A stretch of 64,000 nt of DNA from the human T2T-CHM13v2.0 reference genome, Homo sapiens. The stretch is taken from the NCBI RefSeq assembly GCF_009914755.1, contig NC_060926.1; one strand, given 5' to 3'. The notes under the pieces are model-generated. The model made no database searches and had not been told where the DNA came from. It saw only the letters and a program-made list of their open reading frames with translations. The position numbers and the translations under genes are program-made. Of this stretch, positions 1 to 13,984 are shown one piece after another. How positions within the stretch are numbered: position 1 is the stretch's first letter; each line of letters starts with the position of its first letter.

Positions 1-629
1 TGGATGTTGTGCAGGGATATGTTGGCTGGTGCTGACCCAGGCACAGGTGGTGGGAGAATCTCCAGTCATGCTGGCAGGACATCTTCTCTGGTAGAATCAT
101 GACAGGGAGAGTGTGAGAGCTTGTGTCAGGTTCAGGTGTTGCCCAGAGCATGTGTGCACTGGCTTTGAAAAGTTCCAGGAGGAGATCTAGACTGGCATGA
201 GGGTGTTCTGGATACAGTACCCATCAGAGCTATGGAACACAGATGTAGGTAACATCCAGGCCCTGTGGGAACATGGCAGGTCTTCTTGGGCCTTAATGTG
301 CCCAAGGTATGGGATGATTATTCAAGTGGGGGACTTAGGTCCTCTGAAAAGTATGACAACTCCAGGAGCTCCCTGTTGCCTTCATTGCGGTGAAAAAACA
401 GTATTGAACAATCAATACTTCTATCTCATTCCCCCACTCACTGCCCTCTAACCCAACATTTTATCTCCTTCCTTCCCTCCCTCTTTTTCTTCCTTCCAAC
501 TGTATGCCTGGTGAAATCCTTAAAAACTCTTTTGAATTCATGAATGAACTCATAGGAATGTAAGGGCATTACTAGAAGAAAAGAAATGACAAGAAAGTAA
601 TTAACTGGAGATGGGCCTGCAGACTTTTC

Positions 630-1315
630 ATGGCCTAGACTTGGGTTTTAAGTGAGGCATTAGGTGCAAAGAACAGGACAAAGAACATTGATTCAAAGAA
701 CAAAGCCTGATGACCCAGCTAGATGGCCAGCTAGATTAGGGGCCTCAGCAGAAAGTCTGGATTCCCAGTTAATGAAACCATTGGGGTTTGATCTAAGAAA
801 GTAAAACTTCCATACAGAGAGTAAAAATGGGAATGTGTGCTGTCTTGGCCTTTAAAGAGCTATAAAACAAAAACACCTTATCCTCTAAAAATTTCTAACC
901 ACAAGCCCATAATCACTCAGTATCAGGGCCAGAAGCTAGATTCCAGCATGACCTAAAGTTTATCCAGAATGTATTTTAAAGGCATTTTGGGTGGTGGGTT
1001 GCCAGGTACTTGGTAGAAGCAAATACTAATGCCTTCCAGAGGAACATACTTTAAACCTGGGGCTCAAAAAATTTCCAAAGATAAAGTTACAAAGAACATA
1101 AGTTGACCTTCCAGAATCCCTAAAAGCAAAACAGAACAAGCCACTGTGAATGAGAGTTGGCAATAACAACCGGTTATGGATTAGCCCTACAGGGTTTCAA
1201 GTTTGCAATTATTAGGTACAGATTATAAAATATTTCAAAGAAATTGAAGAGAATATTGGACATGTGATGAAGGAGCAGGAGGCTGTCAGCACTGACTGGG
1301 CAGACTTGGAAAGCA
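630..1315 (+). mobile_element. HAL1/old L1M 5' region fragment
   Basis: Degenerate similarity to recalled HAL1 consensus (gtagaagcaaatactaatgccttccagaggaa; gaatgagagttggcaataacaa; aaagaaattgaagag...gactgggcagacttggaaag). Boundaries approximate. Confidence 0.55.
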
Positions 1316-2271
1316 GGGCTGGGAGTTGTGGTGCTAGAGGGATATGGGCTTACTTGAATGGGTGGGGCAGGCGGTTCTTGGCCAAGCCTCCTCTTGGTAG
1401 CCTTCTATGCCACAAGCCTGGACAAATAAGGAAGAAGGAAACATGGTAGCTGAGAGTGTCTGGCCTTTGCTGTTCAGAGCGGTGCTGTTGGTAAACTCTT
1501 GACTGGGATCTGGTAATCTCTTAGCAACCCTGTGGTTGGGTATCATTCAGCTTATCCATGGCAGACTTCTCTAAATGAACTCTTCCTGGTAACAGAATGG
1601 AAAAAGAAAATCTGCCAAATGAAAGAGGAGATGGAAATAAAAATCTGCCTCAACAGCAAAATTAAGTTCCGCACTTAGAACTCTAGCTAGTTTCTCTCCT
1701 TATCAAACAAACTCCTTACTGAGCCCTTGAAAGGTGGTTCGGTCAATAGGATGAGGAAGAGCAAGTAATATTATGAGAGAGGAAAGGGCTTTCTCTGACT
1801 TAGTAGCTGAGATTGTTGACAGAGCTGACAGCCAAGTCATCAGATTTGGCCAGTCTGGACAGCACATACCTGGACAGCACAATTGATCTTCTCGGAAGAG
1901 GCTTCTGGTATTTCAAAGAAGACCTCACAAAATTGTCAGGGAGAGCAGCAGGCTGCACTCCACCATCAAAATGATGAACCTGGGAAAACCTTCCCTTTGA
2001 ATTAACAAAGTATGTAAGAAGATCTGAACGCTGGATCTCTCGTTCCCGAATGGCTTGTTCCAAAGATAAGCTCCCTTGCTGGGGCCCCTCCTTGCTCAGG
2101 TTCAATGCGGCCTTGAACTCTGAGAGGTATTTTTCTTGATTCAGTTCGAAAATTGTTACACTCTAAGAACTGAGTGTTTCACTGGTTGGTGATGTCTCTA
2201 ACACCTCTCCATGCTTCAATCACACCAAGTACTTTACAGTTACCATCTCTCTGATTAAAATGTTATTTCCT

Positions 2272-2538
2272 TTTGGAGGCCGAGGTGGGTGGATTACCTG
2301 AGGTCAGGAGTTCGAGACCAGCCTGACTAACATGGTGAAACCCCGTCTCTACAAAAAATACAAAAAATAGCTGAGTGTGGTGGCGCATGCCTGTAATCCC
2401 AGCTACTTGGGAGGCTGAGGCAGGAGAATTGCTTGAACCCAGGAGGCAGAGGTTTCAGTGAGCTGAGATTGTGTCACTGCACTCCAACCTAGGCAATGAG
2501 AGTGAAACTCCATCTCAAAAAAACAAAAACAAAAACAA
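2272..2538 (+). mobile_element. AluS (Sq/Sp-like), 5'-truncated
   Basis: Starts at ~tttggaggccgagg (first ~35 nt missing), both arms present, ends catctc-aaaaaaacaaaaacaaaaac. Confidence 0.93.
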
Positions 2539-2544
2539 GTGTTC

Positions 2545-2820
2545 TTTCATAAACTTTGCATAGATGGCTGCTTCTCCTCCCACCAAGTTTCAGCTCAAAT
2601 ATGTTGCTCTTGACTACATTAGTGCATTTATTTCTACTATAACACTTGCCACACTCCAAAATCACATCATCTTATTGTTTGTGTTATCATCTGCTCCTCT
2701 GTTGGAATTTACTTTCCGTGAAGAGGGATGTTGTATTGTTTACAATCCCCAGTATCTGGTGTATTTGGCCTGGCACATAGGAGGCTGCAAATAAATATTT
2801 TTTGAACAAATAAATGAATT
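2545..2820 (+). mobile_element. L2 3' end fragment
   Basis: cctggcacataggaggctgcaaataaatattttttgaacaaataaatgaat resembles the typical L2 3' terminus. Confidence 0.65.
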
Positions 2821-3399
2821 CCCTTTCATCCCCCTCTTCTCCTCTAATAATAAAGAAACAACATAACCTATGTGTTTTGAGAACTTTCAGTCACATAGCT
2901 TGGAACCCAATGATTGATCTTCTTTCTCTGCTCTACTACCTGATAAAACACTCAGTGCATTAGCTAAGGTTAACTATGCTTGGCTTCTTCATGACTCACT
3001 ATGCAGTGCCCAGGCTTTTCACTATAGTTAAAGCTTTATTTAAGGCCCTGTCAGAGGCCACATCAATTCTTTCAAGAAATGGATAGAATGATCCCAGTAA
3101 CTATTAGTAGAGATAAAAGTGATGCAAAGCATGTCACTTGCTTGCTTTTCAGTTCAAAGGGCTCCCCCAAGCTGCTCACTCTTATTTCTGTCGCTACAGA
3201 GTGACCTGTTTCGGCATGAGCTCTTAAGGATGTGTCTGAGGGCTTGGAGGAGCTGGACCATTTTTAGTTCACAGCATTCTGCAGGCTGGACTGGGGACTT
3301 TGGAAATTTCTTAACTCATCACTTCCTAAAAGACACAAAATAATTTGCATATGTACCTGAAGAGATACATCGACAGAAGACAAGGGTCACAGTTAAGCT

Positions 3400-3537
3400 T
3401 TTTGAAAGTAGGTACTGTGTTTGCAGAGTCCCAGCCCCACCTACAGAATAACAGTCTCCTGCTGAGGGGGTTTTGATCTCTAAATTGAGCAAGTACCCCA
3501 GCTGATTCTTATGAGCAGGCATGTTAGGGAACACCTG
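3400..3537. mobile_element. MER5-like hAT-Charlie fragment
   Basis: cagccccacc...caagtaccccagctgattcttatg...ggaacacctg resembles the MER5 terminal part. Confidence 0.5.
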
Positions 3538-5737
3538 ATGTAATAAGTAAGTGTATCAAATCAAGAGTTGATTTAATATAGCACGGGTTAAAAACGGGGT
3601 TTCTTTTTGTGAGTGGGGATAAATAACTTTGTAAGAAATCATCAAGTGAAATATCTTTCGGGAAGCCTTTTTGGGCTATATATTAGTCAGCCTAGACATT
3701 CACAATATGAGAGGAGACTCGTGAAGCTGGATAGTTAATCTCTTCTTTGAATTCCTTAGAAACAGATGAGCAAATCTTCACCAGCACTTTGCCCTGCGAG
3801 ATACTAATTGAAGGGTAGTTGTTTTTCAAAACTTCTAACTTTCACCTCACCACTCTCAAACACACCTCATCCTACTCATCTACTTTTCCATTTATAAAAG
3901 GTCATTTTTTATCCTTGGAAGGACTGTACTCTCAAATGCCAGAAGGAGAATATCAAGCCTCATGGATTATTCAGAAATTCTCTTTCTTAACAGCTTAATT
4001 GCTGACTTCAGTAATCTATTAACTCTGCTGGTTTGAATGCAGCTGAGAGACTTAGAGCATCAACCCAGAGCTATGCCATTTACACCTTGAATTGAGCTTT
4101 CGTTCTAGGTTCTTTTGGTGACTATTGTAGGGAACAGCTTCTAAGAGGAAGGAGCATTTTGCCCGACTGCTCCTGCAATTCTTATATCTGTGTATCAGGA
4201 CATGAGGAGATTTTTAAAAACACATATTCCAGGTTCCTGCCTTGGTCCTAAATGATAAAATCTCCAGGGAAAGAGCTGGGAAGGTTTATTTTAGCAAATA
4301 TCCCAGAGGATTCTCCTGCCTCCAGTCCTGCACCAGCCTTGGACTATGCCAGTATTGAGAATTATCTGACGTAATCAACACTGGATTCAGAGACAGGTAT
4401 CATACATTTCCTTTTTCCGTTTTCTTAATCACATTTTCACAGTGTTATTTATTGTTATTTCTCTTCACTGTCTAAATTATCCTCCACTACTCCTTGCCAT
4501 GGAACTAGTGAAGACCTTTGGAGGCCAATATTTTCTTCTTTTTCCCCCTAAAGTGACTCAAGAAGACATCATTTGCATATTATGTAAGTTTCACCTCAAT
4601 AGTTTTAAAAAAAGACATTGGCCTTTTTTATTATTTTGTCTGCACACTTGGGTGTTAGGAGGGATCAGTCCTGTGATCTGGTGATTAATTTCACACTATT
4701 ATTCCTGAAAAATAGACAGATACCTCTTCTTCCGTGTATCTTATGGATGTGGTAAATGCTGCACCCATGAGAAAATTAAAGAGATGCTGATTCTCTGACC
4801 TTCTCTTCTTATTACAGACATTGCCTTTTTTTTTCCACCGCTGCCCTAATTTTAGGCTTCTAATCTCTTCTGTTGCCCCTTTTCCTCATCTGTTTATTTT
4901 CAACCACTTGTAAAACCTTTAAAACCATATCAGTTTTTTACTTTTTTTTTTTTTTTTTAGTTCTTTCAAGATTCTGGAAGGATCACCACCCATTTTCCTA
5001 AAACCTCTGTTTTGTGATTTCAGATTATTTAGATGAAAATGAGTAGCATGCTATCTTCAATGAAACAAATGGTTAAGGACCCGCCCAAGGTCACATGTTT
5101 AGATACAACTAAAATTGGAACTCAGGTCTTCTCGTCTCTTTATTGCCACTCTGTGATTCTTTTCATTACTTTGTGTTATATATTAATGAATCTAGAGACA
5201 ACATTGGATTTTCGGTATTCTATTCTCTCCATTTAAAGCCCTACATTGTGTAGTGCCCATCTTTTCCCTAATGTGTATATTTTGAATCCCTCAGAGTTAG
5301 TTAGATGGTAGACTCTGGACAAATATCCAATCTGTAGGTATCTACAGATCCTAGCAGAACCCTGCCAGCACTCCAAATAGAAGGCAGACAGCAGCAGCCT
5401 TGTGGGATATTTCTTACAGAGGGGCAAAGAAGAGCCTGTTTTGTCAGGAGTAGGTGTTAATGCAGCTAATGCAGAAAATCGTATATTTTTCAAGAATACA
5501 GAATTGGCTTCAGTATCTAGTTGGAGACTGTCGATCATGTAAGAGACAATGGTAGAGGCAACAACCATAGCAGCCAGCACTAGTATATCTACTTTTTCAT
5601 AATTCCATAGGGGTTCAGTGCAGTGGCTCTGCCCTCAGCTAGCCATTTCTGTACAGAGATCTGACTTTTGTTTTTTTCTGAAAATAAACACCTAGTTGCT
5701 TGCAATTTTGAGTAGGAGAGAAGATCTGGTGGTCTGC

Positions 5738-6484
5738 TTTTAATAATTAATTAAATTGACAAGTAATAATTGTATATATTTATGGGGTACTATGTGATGT
5801 TTGGATATGTGTATAAATTCTAGAAAGATTACATCAAACTAATTAACATATCAATCACCTTACCAACTTACCATTTGTTTGTGTGATGAGCAGGTATAAA
5901 ATCTCTTTTGGCAACTTTGAAATATAAAATACATTATTATTAACTATTGTACTGTGTAACTATTTCATGCTGTGAAACGGATCACTAAAATGAATTCCTC
6001 CTGTTTAACTGAAAAGTACCCTTTGACCATCATCTCCCCGTGTTTCATCCCCCTCGCTGCTCAGCCTTTGGAACTGTTTCTCTACTCTCTGTTTCTATGG
6101 GATCCGCTTTTGTAGATTCCACATAAAATTGAGATTGTATAGTATTTGTCATTTTGTGTTGGCAGGAAAGTAAATTAGTGCAGCTATTTTGGAAAACAGA
6201 ATGAAAGTTCTACAAAAAACTAAAAATAGAATTAACATATGATCCAGCAATCCCACTTGTGGGTATATATTCAAAGTAATTGAAATCAGTATGTTGAAGG
6301 CATCTCTGCACTGCCATGTTTATTGCAGCATTATTCACAACAGTCAAGATGTGGAAGCAACCCAAGTGTTCATGAGTGGATGAATGGATAAAGAAAATGT
6401 GATGTATACATACAATGGAATACTATTCAGTCTTTAAAAAAAAGGAAATTCTGTCATTTTTGGCAATGGGGATGAACCTGGAGG
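5738..6484 (-). mobile_element. L1MA 3' end with 5' inversion (twin priming)
   Basis: 5738-~6160 is L1MA 3'UTR on the minus strand; ~6158-6484 is the adjacent upstream L1 segment on the plus strand (gatccagcaatcccactt...gatgaacctggagg); ctgctttt(t)aa occurs at both flanks. Confidence 0.85.
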
Positions 6485-9049
6485 TGTAACTGCTTTTTAA
6501 ATAGAGTTTCAAGGAATCATCTTTTTTAAAACCTCACCTTTCTCTTTTCTTTATTCCAGGAGAAGCTGATGTCTCAAATTTCTACATCTTTGGGGTTTTG
6601 CAGTATAAATTGTGTTGTTCTGAGCTTCCCCATTGCTGGCTTAGGATTTGGCTTTCTCTGGCCTGCTAAACAGGCTAGTACACCTCTTTCTGAAATCCAG
6701 CTTTCAGAATACTACTGCTGTTTGCTTCTGTTGTCTTTGTCCTTAGAATTAATGTCTTTAAAAGGAAATGGCTTATATGATAATTTTAATGGAATTTCAG
6801 AAAAGAGCAGTGATAAATATGTGTGTTAAATCAATCAGCCATCTTCAGCCACACCTTGCTTTTGTTTTTAAGCAAGGTTTTAGATTTCTTCCATCGCTAC
6901 GTTCAGGGGCTATAACTAGACATAGGGATGGTTGTTTTGTACCCTAACTTGACCAAGGGGTTGAATCAAGATAAAATGATCAAAGTGCATTATTCAAAGT
7001 GAGTTGAGATTTTGGGATAAAAGTAGAGGTGAGATAAAATGTGTTGGAATAAAGCTTAGTTGGAGGATCTATTTGATCTAGGCACTCTGTTGTATTTGAT
7101 TGTCTATCTCATTCCTAATGACAGCATTATAGATACTTGTTCCTGTTTAGAGGTTGAAGAAAGTGTGGTTGTGAATACCTTGTCTTTGTTGTTCATGTAA
7201 CGTAACTATAGAAATCGGGCATTTATCACATGATGATAATTCTTTAGAAACTTTGTTTCAGAGTCTGTTGAATGCTACATTCCCCTTAGTGGCTGATAAC
7301 AGTCGCACAAGTGATATCACAATATGATCCATAGCACAGTGTTAAAGGATAATCGAGTCCAATGTTATTATCTCAACCATTTTATAATTTTAAGTATCTC
7401 TCCCAGTATATTTAGAACCACAAGATCCTTGTAAATGGATTATTCCCATTTATTTGTTGCATTTATTTGTTTACTAAAGGTTACATTTATCTTTTGTACG
7501 ATTGCTGTTTTTTCCTCTGTAATATTATTTTACATATTAGTCTTGAACTTATGTCTTTTTAATCCTTAGAACTTTTATTAGGTATGTGACCCAATGATTT
7601 GATTTATAAACATGCACATTGATATTTCTAACAATTCATATTTTTATATAAAGTGTATACTCACCTGCCAGAAACAGTGACAAGAGAAATATACATGAAA
7701 TATTTAAATTCAGGACAACCATTAGGGAAGTTCTTGTGATATATTCCTAATGTATTGTGATTATTAGCATTCCTTAAAATTTCCCTAAAAATTTAACACC
7801 CATTCACCAAATAATTCTTACTAATGAAAGGATTATTTACTAGCAAATCACATATAGTTTGACACATCTATATGTTTAAAGGATAAGAAAAAGCAAAATT
7901 TGTTTTGCTTTTAATTTAGTTAATTTATTAGTTTTGATGCTGCATTTCATGGAGCCTTAGGTGCTTCCGGGTCCCCATTAGTAAGTGACCAGGAGAGAGG
8001 AATGAGTGTGACTCTTAGTTCCCTCTGTCCCCCAGATCTGTTTTTCCCTGAGAATCCCTGACACTAATTGAATTCAATATTTGGTTTTTATGTAAAATTG
8101 TATTTGGAAAAAAACCAGATCCTGTTTTTAAGACAGATTTTTAAAATAATGGCATTCTTTGTTTATACATCTAAGACTTTTTTTTTTTCTGAAATACCCA
8201 GATAATTGACAGGGAAGTTAATTGGGAGATATGAATTATTTAGATTTTCGGCCAATCTGTGATAATACTCATGGATCTGAAGATTACGATAGAATAGAGA
8301 AGCCCAGCTCTTTGCAGATAGCAGACCTATCCTGAAATATCCAAATGAATTCACAAATTATGAGCTTCTTATCACTGTTTGGCTATCAAGTTATACTGGC
8401 TGTATAAAATCTCTTCGAATTAATGAGAATGGTTCTGGCCACCTCTTCACGCCTAACCTAAGTTTCTCAGCAGTTCCTGGTTAAATATTCTACTCCACAG
8501 GGTTTCCTTCATTATTCCCCAGTGACTCTATGCCATACCTTCCAGGTGAAGAATAGCATGCTGTCTTATAGAGTACGATACTAGAACTCTTGGCATGCAT
8601 CATTTTCACCATGTTCTTTAGAAAGTGTCAGGATTTTTAGTTTTTAGAAGAATATAGATGTAATATTTTGCAGCATACATAAGTTATAATATTCCAAAAC
8701 ATCCCGTAAGACCTTTTATTTATTTCCTTTATTGTGAAGCATGTTCTTTCCTGATAGCTACAGATGAACTGGAGGCCTTTTCTTATCCTGTAATGAAACA
8801 TTGAATTATACCCATACAGTTTAGCAGAACGAACGCTTACCCACTGGCTGAATAAATCAGGCTGTTCATATTTTCTTTAACACAAAAAGGAAATGATAAT
8901 TAATGAACTTGAGGATAAGGTTTTAAATGTGTATAGTTATTATAGTATAACAGTGCTGCGGGGGCTACTTGCTGACAAGGGTAAGGGCAATTTTATTTCC
9001 TTATAAATAAAATTTAGAATTGAACATCTAAAACAGGAAAAAAAATTAA

Positions 9050-9830
9050 GAGTTTATTGAGTGTTATGTTTTGGGAGTTATACTAGATACAACAGTATTA
9101 AATAATATGCAATAGAATGAGAGACTTATTGTGCAGGTCTTAAATGTTGTAAGCCTATTAAGTCCCTTCCAAATAATAAAGACAAATGCATATCAAGATA
9201 GAAATAGGTAGATATGAGTTAGGTTTTCAGAGAGAGAGCTGGGTTGAGATACTGAATTATTCATGACAGAAGTAGAGCTTGAAATATTTGAAAGGTGTAC
9301 AGCAATAAGAGAAATCAAAGATGGAGAGTATACTTTGGGGCTAGGGATGACATAAAGCAAAATTTGTTATAGGAATGTGTATGGTACATTCTGAGCACAG
9401 TGAAGCCTGCTTGATTAGATTAAAGGACATCGAATAGAGAAAAAATATGTTTGCAAAGGAAAGTTGAGATTAAGTTGCAGAGGGATAGGATTCTAAATTA
9501 AGAAATGCATGCTTTATTATGGTAGGCAGTTATTAAATTTTTATTTGTTTTGGTTTGATTTGTTTTGGTTGGGCTTGGTGTTATCATGATCATATTAGGT
9601 AATATATGCAGTGTTTGGGAACAGCTATCCTGCCTGCAGAGGTGGAGAGTGGCTCTTGAGAGTGTCCATGGGAGATAAGAGGCCATAGAGACCTACTAGT
9701 GGACTTTTAGGAAAGTACAGATGGAAGACAATGGAGTCTGAACTACAGAGAAGACAGTGGGAATGAAAAGGAGAAAAACAGATTCAAGGAGAATAACTAA
9801 AATAACCTGATGATGGATTTTTTTTCAACA
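9050..9830 (-). mobile_element. L2 fragments
   Basis: Purine-rich, degenerate L2-like phrases (tttattgagtg...; gacagtgggaatgaaaaggagaaaaacagattcaagg). Confidence 0.5.
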
Positions 9831-11589
9831 AGAAGATAGATGGGAGAAGGAACCAAAATATTGCCTTTCTCTTTTCATGAGATGTATTTATCAATTATTC
9901 ATTGAACTCACATGTCAGCTAAGTTAGGGCTGATCAAATTCATTGACAATATTTTTTGAAGAAAAGCATTTAACAGTGTTTAAAATCTGTCATATATTAG
10001 GTTTTGATCATATAATGTTACTCTGTAAATATTTGTCTTCACCTGTTGCTTATTGTATTCACACAGTAGACTATTAGTGCTTTTGATTTAATCATTATGC
10101 TATCAAAACTCATAGTATGAAGCATGTTGCAGTTCTGCTGAGGCCTGGGTTTGGGTCTCACATTCCAGGGTCTCTTTGAAGGCTCTGATATCATGGCCTA
10201 GTGGACAGGCCAGTATCTGCCTCTTTGGTGGTCATTTTTGGCTCAATATATGGAGCATAATAACTTCCAGGTTGTTATTTTAAAAGTTAAAAAAAAATTA
10301 TTTCTTTGTGGGAAAAAGGTTGGCCTTATAGAAGATACTCATGTTTACGTTGGGTTTGTTGAATCTTAAGGGGTCATTTAGCTTTCACAGGTATTCTTTA
10401 ATTGTACCTTTTAAATTGTGTGTTAGAGAAGGATTGTGAGCATTAAATTTCATTAATACCTCAGGATACACCCCTTAAGAAGCTCAAGGATCTTGTCTAA
10501 GTGTGATCTGTTACCTGGAGCCTTCCTTTAGGTTGTTCTCTGTCCTATGGCAGCTGTGGTTTTAATTGTCATGCACTTTGTTGACTTACATCGGGTAGTA
10601 TTTCTATTATTCAACTGTGTTCAAATATTTATTTGGTATCCATTTTATACAAAACACTATTGTAGATACTTTGGAACAGGAAAAAATTGAATAAGTGAGC
10701 CACTGACTGTACCTTCAAGGAAATTATACCTTGTAGTGTCCAGAAATATACTATTCTATTCATTATTTCTGATTTGAAATAACTACATTTTGAACATTGT
10801 GGTCATTCAGGTTGTTCATGACATGATAGAGAATAGGGTATTTTGTTGATTAAGATGAATCTGAGTCAGATGAAATTTGATACATTATTATCCAAGAAAT
10901 AAACTATTACCTACCACTGGAAAACCAATGTGTCTGCCCAATTTCCAATCAGCCTGAAGCCAGTTTCATTTTGCATGGGTGATACAGATGATAGAGGTGG
11001 ATCATCCAGCAGCTTCATGTATATTCATACTTATCAGATAGGGTCAACGCCTCTTAGTTTGGTTTGAAATCTCACTGGGAAATGTACTTCTTCCTTTGAT
11101 AGATTTATCAGGTGATATAGTCCAACAATTCCTGAAACAATACATGAAAAAAAATGTTAATAGTTACCTATTAACTATAAATATAACTAAAAATAGTTAA
11201 TAGTTAATACTGACCTTGAGGTATATATTGTCTGTTTCATAATAACAACAGGCAAAATTGCAAAACACATTATTAAAGGGATGATTTGTGGGTTCATAGA
11301 TTAAGTATCTGTAAATACCACAGCCCTACATGTGTTTACTAAATACAAGCCATGTAAGGATAACCTTCCTTTGACAGGGAGATGTGACAGGGACTGGGGC
11401 TCCAGCAAAGACTTTCCACATTTTTAATGTCTTTCTGGGTAGCTTTAGGGGCATTTTGGTGGATTAGCAACTGAATATATCATTTCATCCAAAAGTAGGT
11501 AGTAAATTAATTCCAGGGGGAAATTTATAGTAGTAATTTTCAGAGAGTAACCAGACAGGTAGGTACTCAAAATTGCAAGATTCAAGGAA

Positions 11590-11920
11590 TCAGAGATGTT
11601 TTGATTAGAAAAAGATAGTGAGAGGAGAATAACTGCCTTCAAATATTTAAAGAACTCTTTTGTAAAAGAAAAAAAGGGACGTATTCCGAAACTGTATGTA
11701 TGACCACAGGGAAATATTTAGGCTCAATAGAAAGCAAAAACTTTAGAATAGCCAGAGCTCTCCAACAAATTCTATCATCTGAAGCACTCTGAGCTGCCTC
11801 AAAGGCTAGTGAGTTCTCTCTCACTGGATTGTGTGTTGTGAGCATTTAGCAGGAATGCTGTAACTAGAAATTAAAACATGAGGCTGAACTTTAAGGTTTC
11901 TCCTTTCCCTGACATTATCA
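11590..11920 (+). mobile_element. L3/CR1 3' fragment
   Basis: ataactgccttcaaatatttaaag...tttaggctcaatagaaag...gctgcctcaaaggctagtgagttctctctcactgga matches the recalled L3 3' region. Confidence 0.65.
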
Positions 11921-12178
11921 CTTTCATAATTTTCTAGACATGCATCTGTTGGTTGTAGGATGGCCCCATCATCGAGGAAATTCTTCATTCCTTGTATTCT
12001 ACTTGTCTAGTTTTCTTTGGTCCATTTTATACAAGAAGCTGGTTTGAAAAATGAGAGGGAAGTTTGGGCTTTTAGATGATCAGGCTGGAAATGATAATCA
12101 GTTCCATATTGCTTATTCATCAGTTCTTGACGGAAAAATTTTGCAGTTTACCTAGTGTCTGGCTGAGTAGGTCATTTA

Positions 12179-12640
<462 letters not shown>

Positions 12641-13348
12641 CTAGCCACCTCCTCCCTCACTTCAGAGGACTCTTTGACATAACCTTTGTAGAGCAACCTT
12701 AGGTTCTCTTATATTTGCCTTTGTTCCTGGAGACAGTAAAGGCAACCAGGCCTTGGTGCAACTGGTGGAGAATGAAACTTTTGCGAAATAGGGATTGCAT
12801 TATGATGCCTGGACGTCCATTTTGGATTTCTGCAATGTACTTTGAATCTGGCTACCCACTATAGACTTCCTGGATGCCCAGATCTTCTGACTGTCAATTA
12901 ATGATAATGATTCTGGGCAAGTTTTCTCCAAAGGCTAAACTGGAAGTTATATTTTCTGATGTTGCTGCCAGAAAATCAATTCTATTCTATGAAGTCATTC
13001 CTAATGTGAGTCCATTCCTCTAGGGAGGTCAACTCTAGTATGATTTCTTTAAGCATCAAATTAATATTTTACTTCTTAAAATGCAAAGTATGTTTCTGTT
13101 GAAGGTACAGTTAGGCAGGTCTTTGGAATATCCCTGGCTTGTTAAGAATTTTCTCTGCAGCAAGTATTACTCAACAGTATGAAGCAGATTTTAGAGCTTG
13201 CTTTCTGGCAGAGCAATTGGACTTGGAATTTGCCTCTTTATTCAACCTGTATTTGACTTGACTTGTTAACTGTAAAAATAATATATGATTTTTTTTATAT
13301 CTGGTGATTTTGATTAGACAATTTTTAAATTATGAAATTTCATGGGAT

Positions 13349-13411
13349 AATTTTAATCCATTAAACTCTTCAGTATGCAGAATTTCAATCCATTAAACTC
13401 TGCAATATGCA
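13349..13411 (+). repeat. Tandem duplication, 2 x 32 bp
   Basis: aattttaatccattaaactcttcagtatgcag / aatttcaatccattaaactctgcaatatgca. Confidence 0.9.
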
Positions 13412-13605
13412 TTAATATCCTGCACAATGCAACTGTTCACTGTGTATGTGTTAACTAGTGGTTAAAAGACCTTGTATGTTATTGACTCACCAATAAGTTG
13501 TAGTTTTATATCATTTAAATTCATCTTGTCTTTTTAATTATATTTATCTATGAATATTGGATATGTTTTAAAATGCAAAATTTAATTATGAAGAATGGGT
13601 TTCTT

Positions 13606-13731
13606 TTGTTTTTCTTTTTCTCCCCTATACCCACTCCCCTTTACCCCATTATCCCAGCCCTTATTAACCACCATTCTATTCTATGCTTCTGTGACTTTTT
13701 TAGATTCCACATATAAGTGAGGTCATGGAGG
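13606..13731 (-). mobile_element. Short L1MA/MB fragment with T-tract and 14-bp TSD
   Basis: accaccattctattctatgcttct...tagattccacatataagtgaggtcatg; flanks agaatgggtttctt (13592) and agaatgcatttctt (13732). Confidence 0.75.
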
Positions 13732-13759
13732 AGAATGCATTTCTTAATTGATTTGTACC

Positions 13760-13984
13760 CATGGTCCTCAAAGTGTGATGTGAGGACTAGCACTAGTCTG
13801 TAAGCTATTTGTTACTAGTCTTCAACAAGATATGTACAATAATTGTCAGCATTTAGAAACTTTTGTAGTAATTTTGCATTTCCTCAACAATGGCACAGAA
13901 TTTTACAAAGGTTGATCAGTTCTCAATGGACTGGAAGTTTGTTTTTTTAACTACTTTTCATCCCAGATAGTCTGGGAAGCCTCG
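13760..13984 (+). mobile_element. hAT-Charlie (Charlie4-like) fossil
   Basis: ctcaaagtgtg...tttgttactagtc...agcatttagaaactttt...cagatagtctgggaagc. Confidence 0.55.

Noticed and set aside
1-400. GC-richer segment that looks like a degraded retrocopy or ERV internal piece
   Set aside because: The frames I translated have stops and I recognise no peptide; it needs BLAST/Dfam before any call.
5330-5349. Short hairpin atctgtag-gtat-ctacagat and similar small palindromes and duplications (715, 11157, 22570, 24205, 62513)
   Set aside because: Too short to exceed chance expectation in 64 kb.
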